Assembly (NCBI GenBank): GCA_002633005.1
Contig: NMRA01000348.1
Location: 108,063-172,062, forward strand
DNA: 64,000 nt
Direction of reading: 5' to 3'
From: Phoronis australis
Taxonomy: Eukaryota; Animalia; Phoronida
How positions within the stretch are numbered: the stretch's first letter is position 1; each line of letters begins with the position of its first letter. A program made the translations under genes and the position numbers. This document shows, piece by piece, positions 61,901 to 64,000 of the stretch. The notes beneath the pieces were generated by a model. It was not told the DNA's origin and made no database searches. It saw only the letters and a list, made by a program, of their open reading frames with translations.

Positions 61901-64000
61901 GTTCCCCACCACATATTAGCATTTAGCAGGTGGTTCATAAACGATTTAAAGAATAGGGCGTTCAACATGAGTTAGTTTTCTAATTAATGAAGGCATCTAT
62001 GACCAATGACTCTTGACTATTTCTATGACCTTAAGTCAAATCGCTGTTATGGTGTGGAATGTTACTGTGGTCTGTAATAAAGTCTATCCCATCTTACACC
62101 ATGTCTTAACTTTCTTATTCGGCCAGGACAGTTAGCTTCCAGGGCTGTTGTTAGCTAAAAAATGGTACACTTTACTTGGGCGTCCAAAAGCTAAATAGGG
62201 CAACCTACCTAATGTGTCTAAATTTACGTCGGGTTGTGTAGTTGGACACCCTAGATGCCACCTAGATGAAGGCCTGCACCTGGGGCTGCCGCCCAGGACC
62301 GAAGGCCACCCAATTTTCAAAGCTGTGTCACTGCTATGCCTATCAGGATGTGATAGTTTTCAAGGTTTTCATAATTTTAAATGGTAATGATTTTGAAACC
62401 AATCTTAATGAAAGCCTCTCTCAACCTTTGTGAACACAAAAATAACTGATGTATTTTCATGTCTATTAGGTCAATGAAAAGAAAATGCTACAGTGACCTT
62501 AGGCAACACATAACCCCTTGGTTGGTTGCTGGGTCAGATGCGGCATTCAGGGCTATGTAATTGCATATTGTGACCTTCAAAATGTGACTAACACCTGGAG
62601 ATAGGCCACCTACACTTTTGTGTAAATACACAAAATTGCATGGGGCAAATGTTTTCCAAGTAAAATCTTGATTTTCTAATTCAAAGTCAAGGCTTTCATC
62701 TAAACTTCAGCACAAAATACAAACAAAACTTCCTTCTTGAGCAGTGCTGAAGTGGTAAAATTTGTGGTAAGTACATGTAGGTGCCAAAAGCCCACCGTAT
62801 CACCTTGAGCACAGTACGGTGCGTAAGCGCTACCTTCAATTGCCAAAAGGTGGTTGGCTGCGCCTACGTGTGCCTACGCCCCACTACAGCACTGTTCTTG
62901 AGATATCATGCGACATTGGTATGGACAAGGAAACATTGCATGGATANAAGCCCACCGTATCACCTTGAGCACAGTACGGTGCGTAAGCGCTACCTTCAAT
63001 TGCCAAAAGGTGGTTGGCTGCGCTTATGGGTGCCTACGCCCCACTACAGCACTGTTCTTGAGATATCATGCGACATTGGTATGGACAAGGAAACATTGCA
63101 TGGATAAAAAATAAACACACAATGCACACCCACACAGGACATGTGGAGCACACTCGGACATTTTTAATTCATACGTCACAATTTTTGGTTATTTAAACCA
63201 TCTCCCATTCAAAGAACAATCAAATTCAACTTTCTTGTAAGCATTGCAGGTGGTCTTTTTGTCATAAGCTGCACTGATGTAGCCTTGGGGACATAACAGG
63301 ACATGGCATAGCTTGTTCATTGCAAAAAGGCCTTCCCACGTCTTCATCTCAATTTTGTGTTTGCCCCTTTGTTTCTAGCAGAGTCCTAAATTATCATTCA
63401 TTTTAGCACTACCCCGCTAATGGCCACTTACAATTTAGTTTCAAACCCCTGTTGAATACTGAGTCGTGGCCACACCAGTAGCCAAAATGCATGTTTGGCG
63501 CAGCTATATTAATTACCTTGCATTGCCAGCTTCATCTTCCAGGACGGGCCTGCTGTGATCCTTGATAGCTAGCAGAATTCTGGTAAGCCAGTACACAAGG
63601 CCTTGAGAGTAGCAAAACGCTTGCCAGAGTACATATGAATCAGCAGGTTGAAAATTCCCAACACATCTCTTGTTCTACAACATAAAATCAAATCCATGTT
63701 AACGTGAGATGGCAATTGGCTGATGATACCTTGGTAAAAACAATACACTTTCTGTTGCTGTTAACATTACAGAATGCTATAATGTGCCATTATCCAAAGC
63801 TAGAATAGGTACCTGCTGTTGATGGCGAAGCATTCTTCAGCAATGTTGGGTTCTTTTGAATGCATCATGGTCAGATGACCCCTTCTCAATTCATTTGTCT
63901 TCATCAGCACCTTCTAGTAACTCCCTGCTATGCAAGTTGAAAGTGCTGGCAGTTGTCAGTGGAGCAGTCCACTCATGCTTGTCTGTCATGACTGGTGCAA
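58960..64000 (-). pseudogene. Disrupted intron-containing gene relic resembling RNF213/mysterin (region around the RING domain); continues beyond the window
   Basis: Exon-like segments with splice signals (63674-63517, 61666-~61176, ~61070-60915, ~60675-60270, 59903-59678, 59170-~58960) carry stops and frameshifts. In order they encode LKTHTP, PVCPNKVC..CPHVSQ, and TPVTR/GTMMDLLMVLGNDPVK..QFLLLF, collinear with recalled RNF213 segments VKTHGP, CPYC..PAVSQ, TPVIRSVILKLLLKYSFHDVK. Needs tblastn/HMM confirmation. Confidence 0.5.
62788..63106. repeat. 159-bp tandem duplication separated by one N (probable assembly artefact)
   Basis: 62788-62946 and 62948-63106 differ at about 3 positions; N at 62947. 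Confidence 0.85.

Noticed and set aside
62788-63106. Exact-looking tandem duplication and its repeated ORFs
   Set aside because: The copies are joined by a single N and differ at about 3 sites, typical of two alleles placed in tandem by the assembler.

Overview
Eukaryotic (invertebrate animal) genomic DNA, AT-rich, with GT-AG introns, one 445-nt assembly gap (53979-54423) and a single N (62947). I reconstructed three intact spliced genes by hand with consistent exon phases. (1) C-terminal Src kinase Csk, + strand, 10 coding exons, 444-8461, 446 aa, probably with a long 3' UTR. (2) A convergent UBL-UBA gene matching UBL7, - strand, 9 exons, 22289-14400, 326 aa. (3) An apparently secreted 19-exon, ~1263-aa mosaic lectin, + strand, 35230-58435: signal peptide-SUEL/RBL-CCPx3-PAN-PAN-CTL-TSP1-PAN-CTL-FA58C-TSP1-WSC. 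The right end holds a disrupted, intron-containing - strand relic resembling RNF213/mysterin. Mobile DNA includes a 543-bp TRIM whose LTRs carry a tRNA-like sequence, two TIR elements with 5-bp TSDs, nested MITEs, a dead LINE RT and a strong excess of TACATGTA, a likely Tc1/mariner excision footprint. Homology calls come from recalled family motifs, not database searches.
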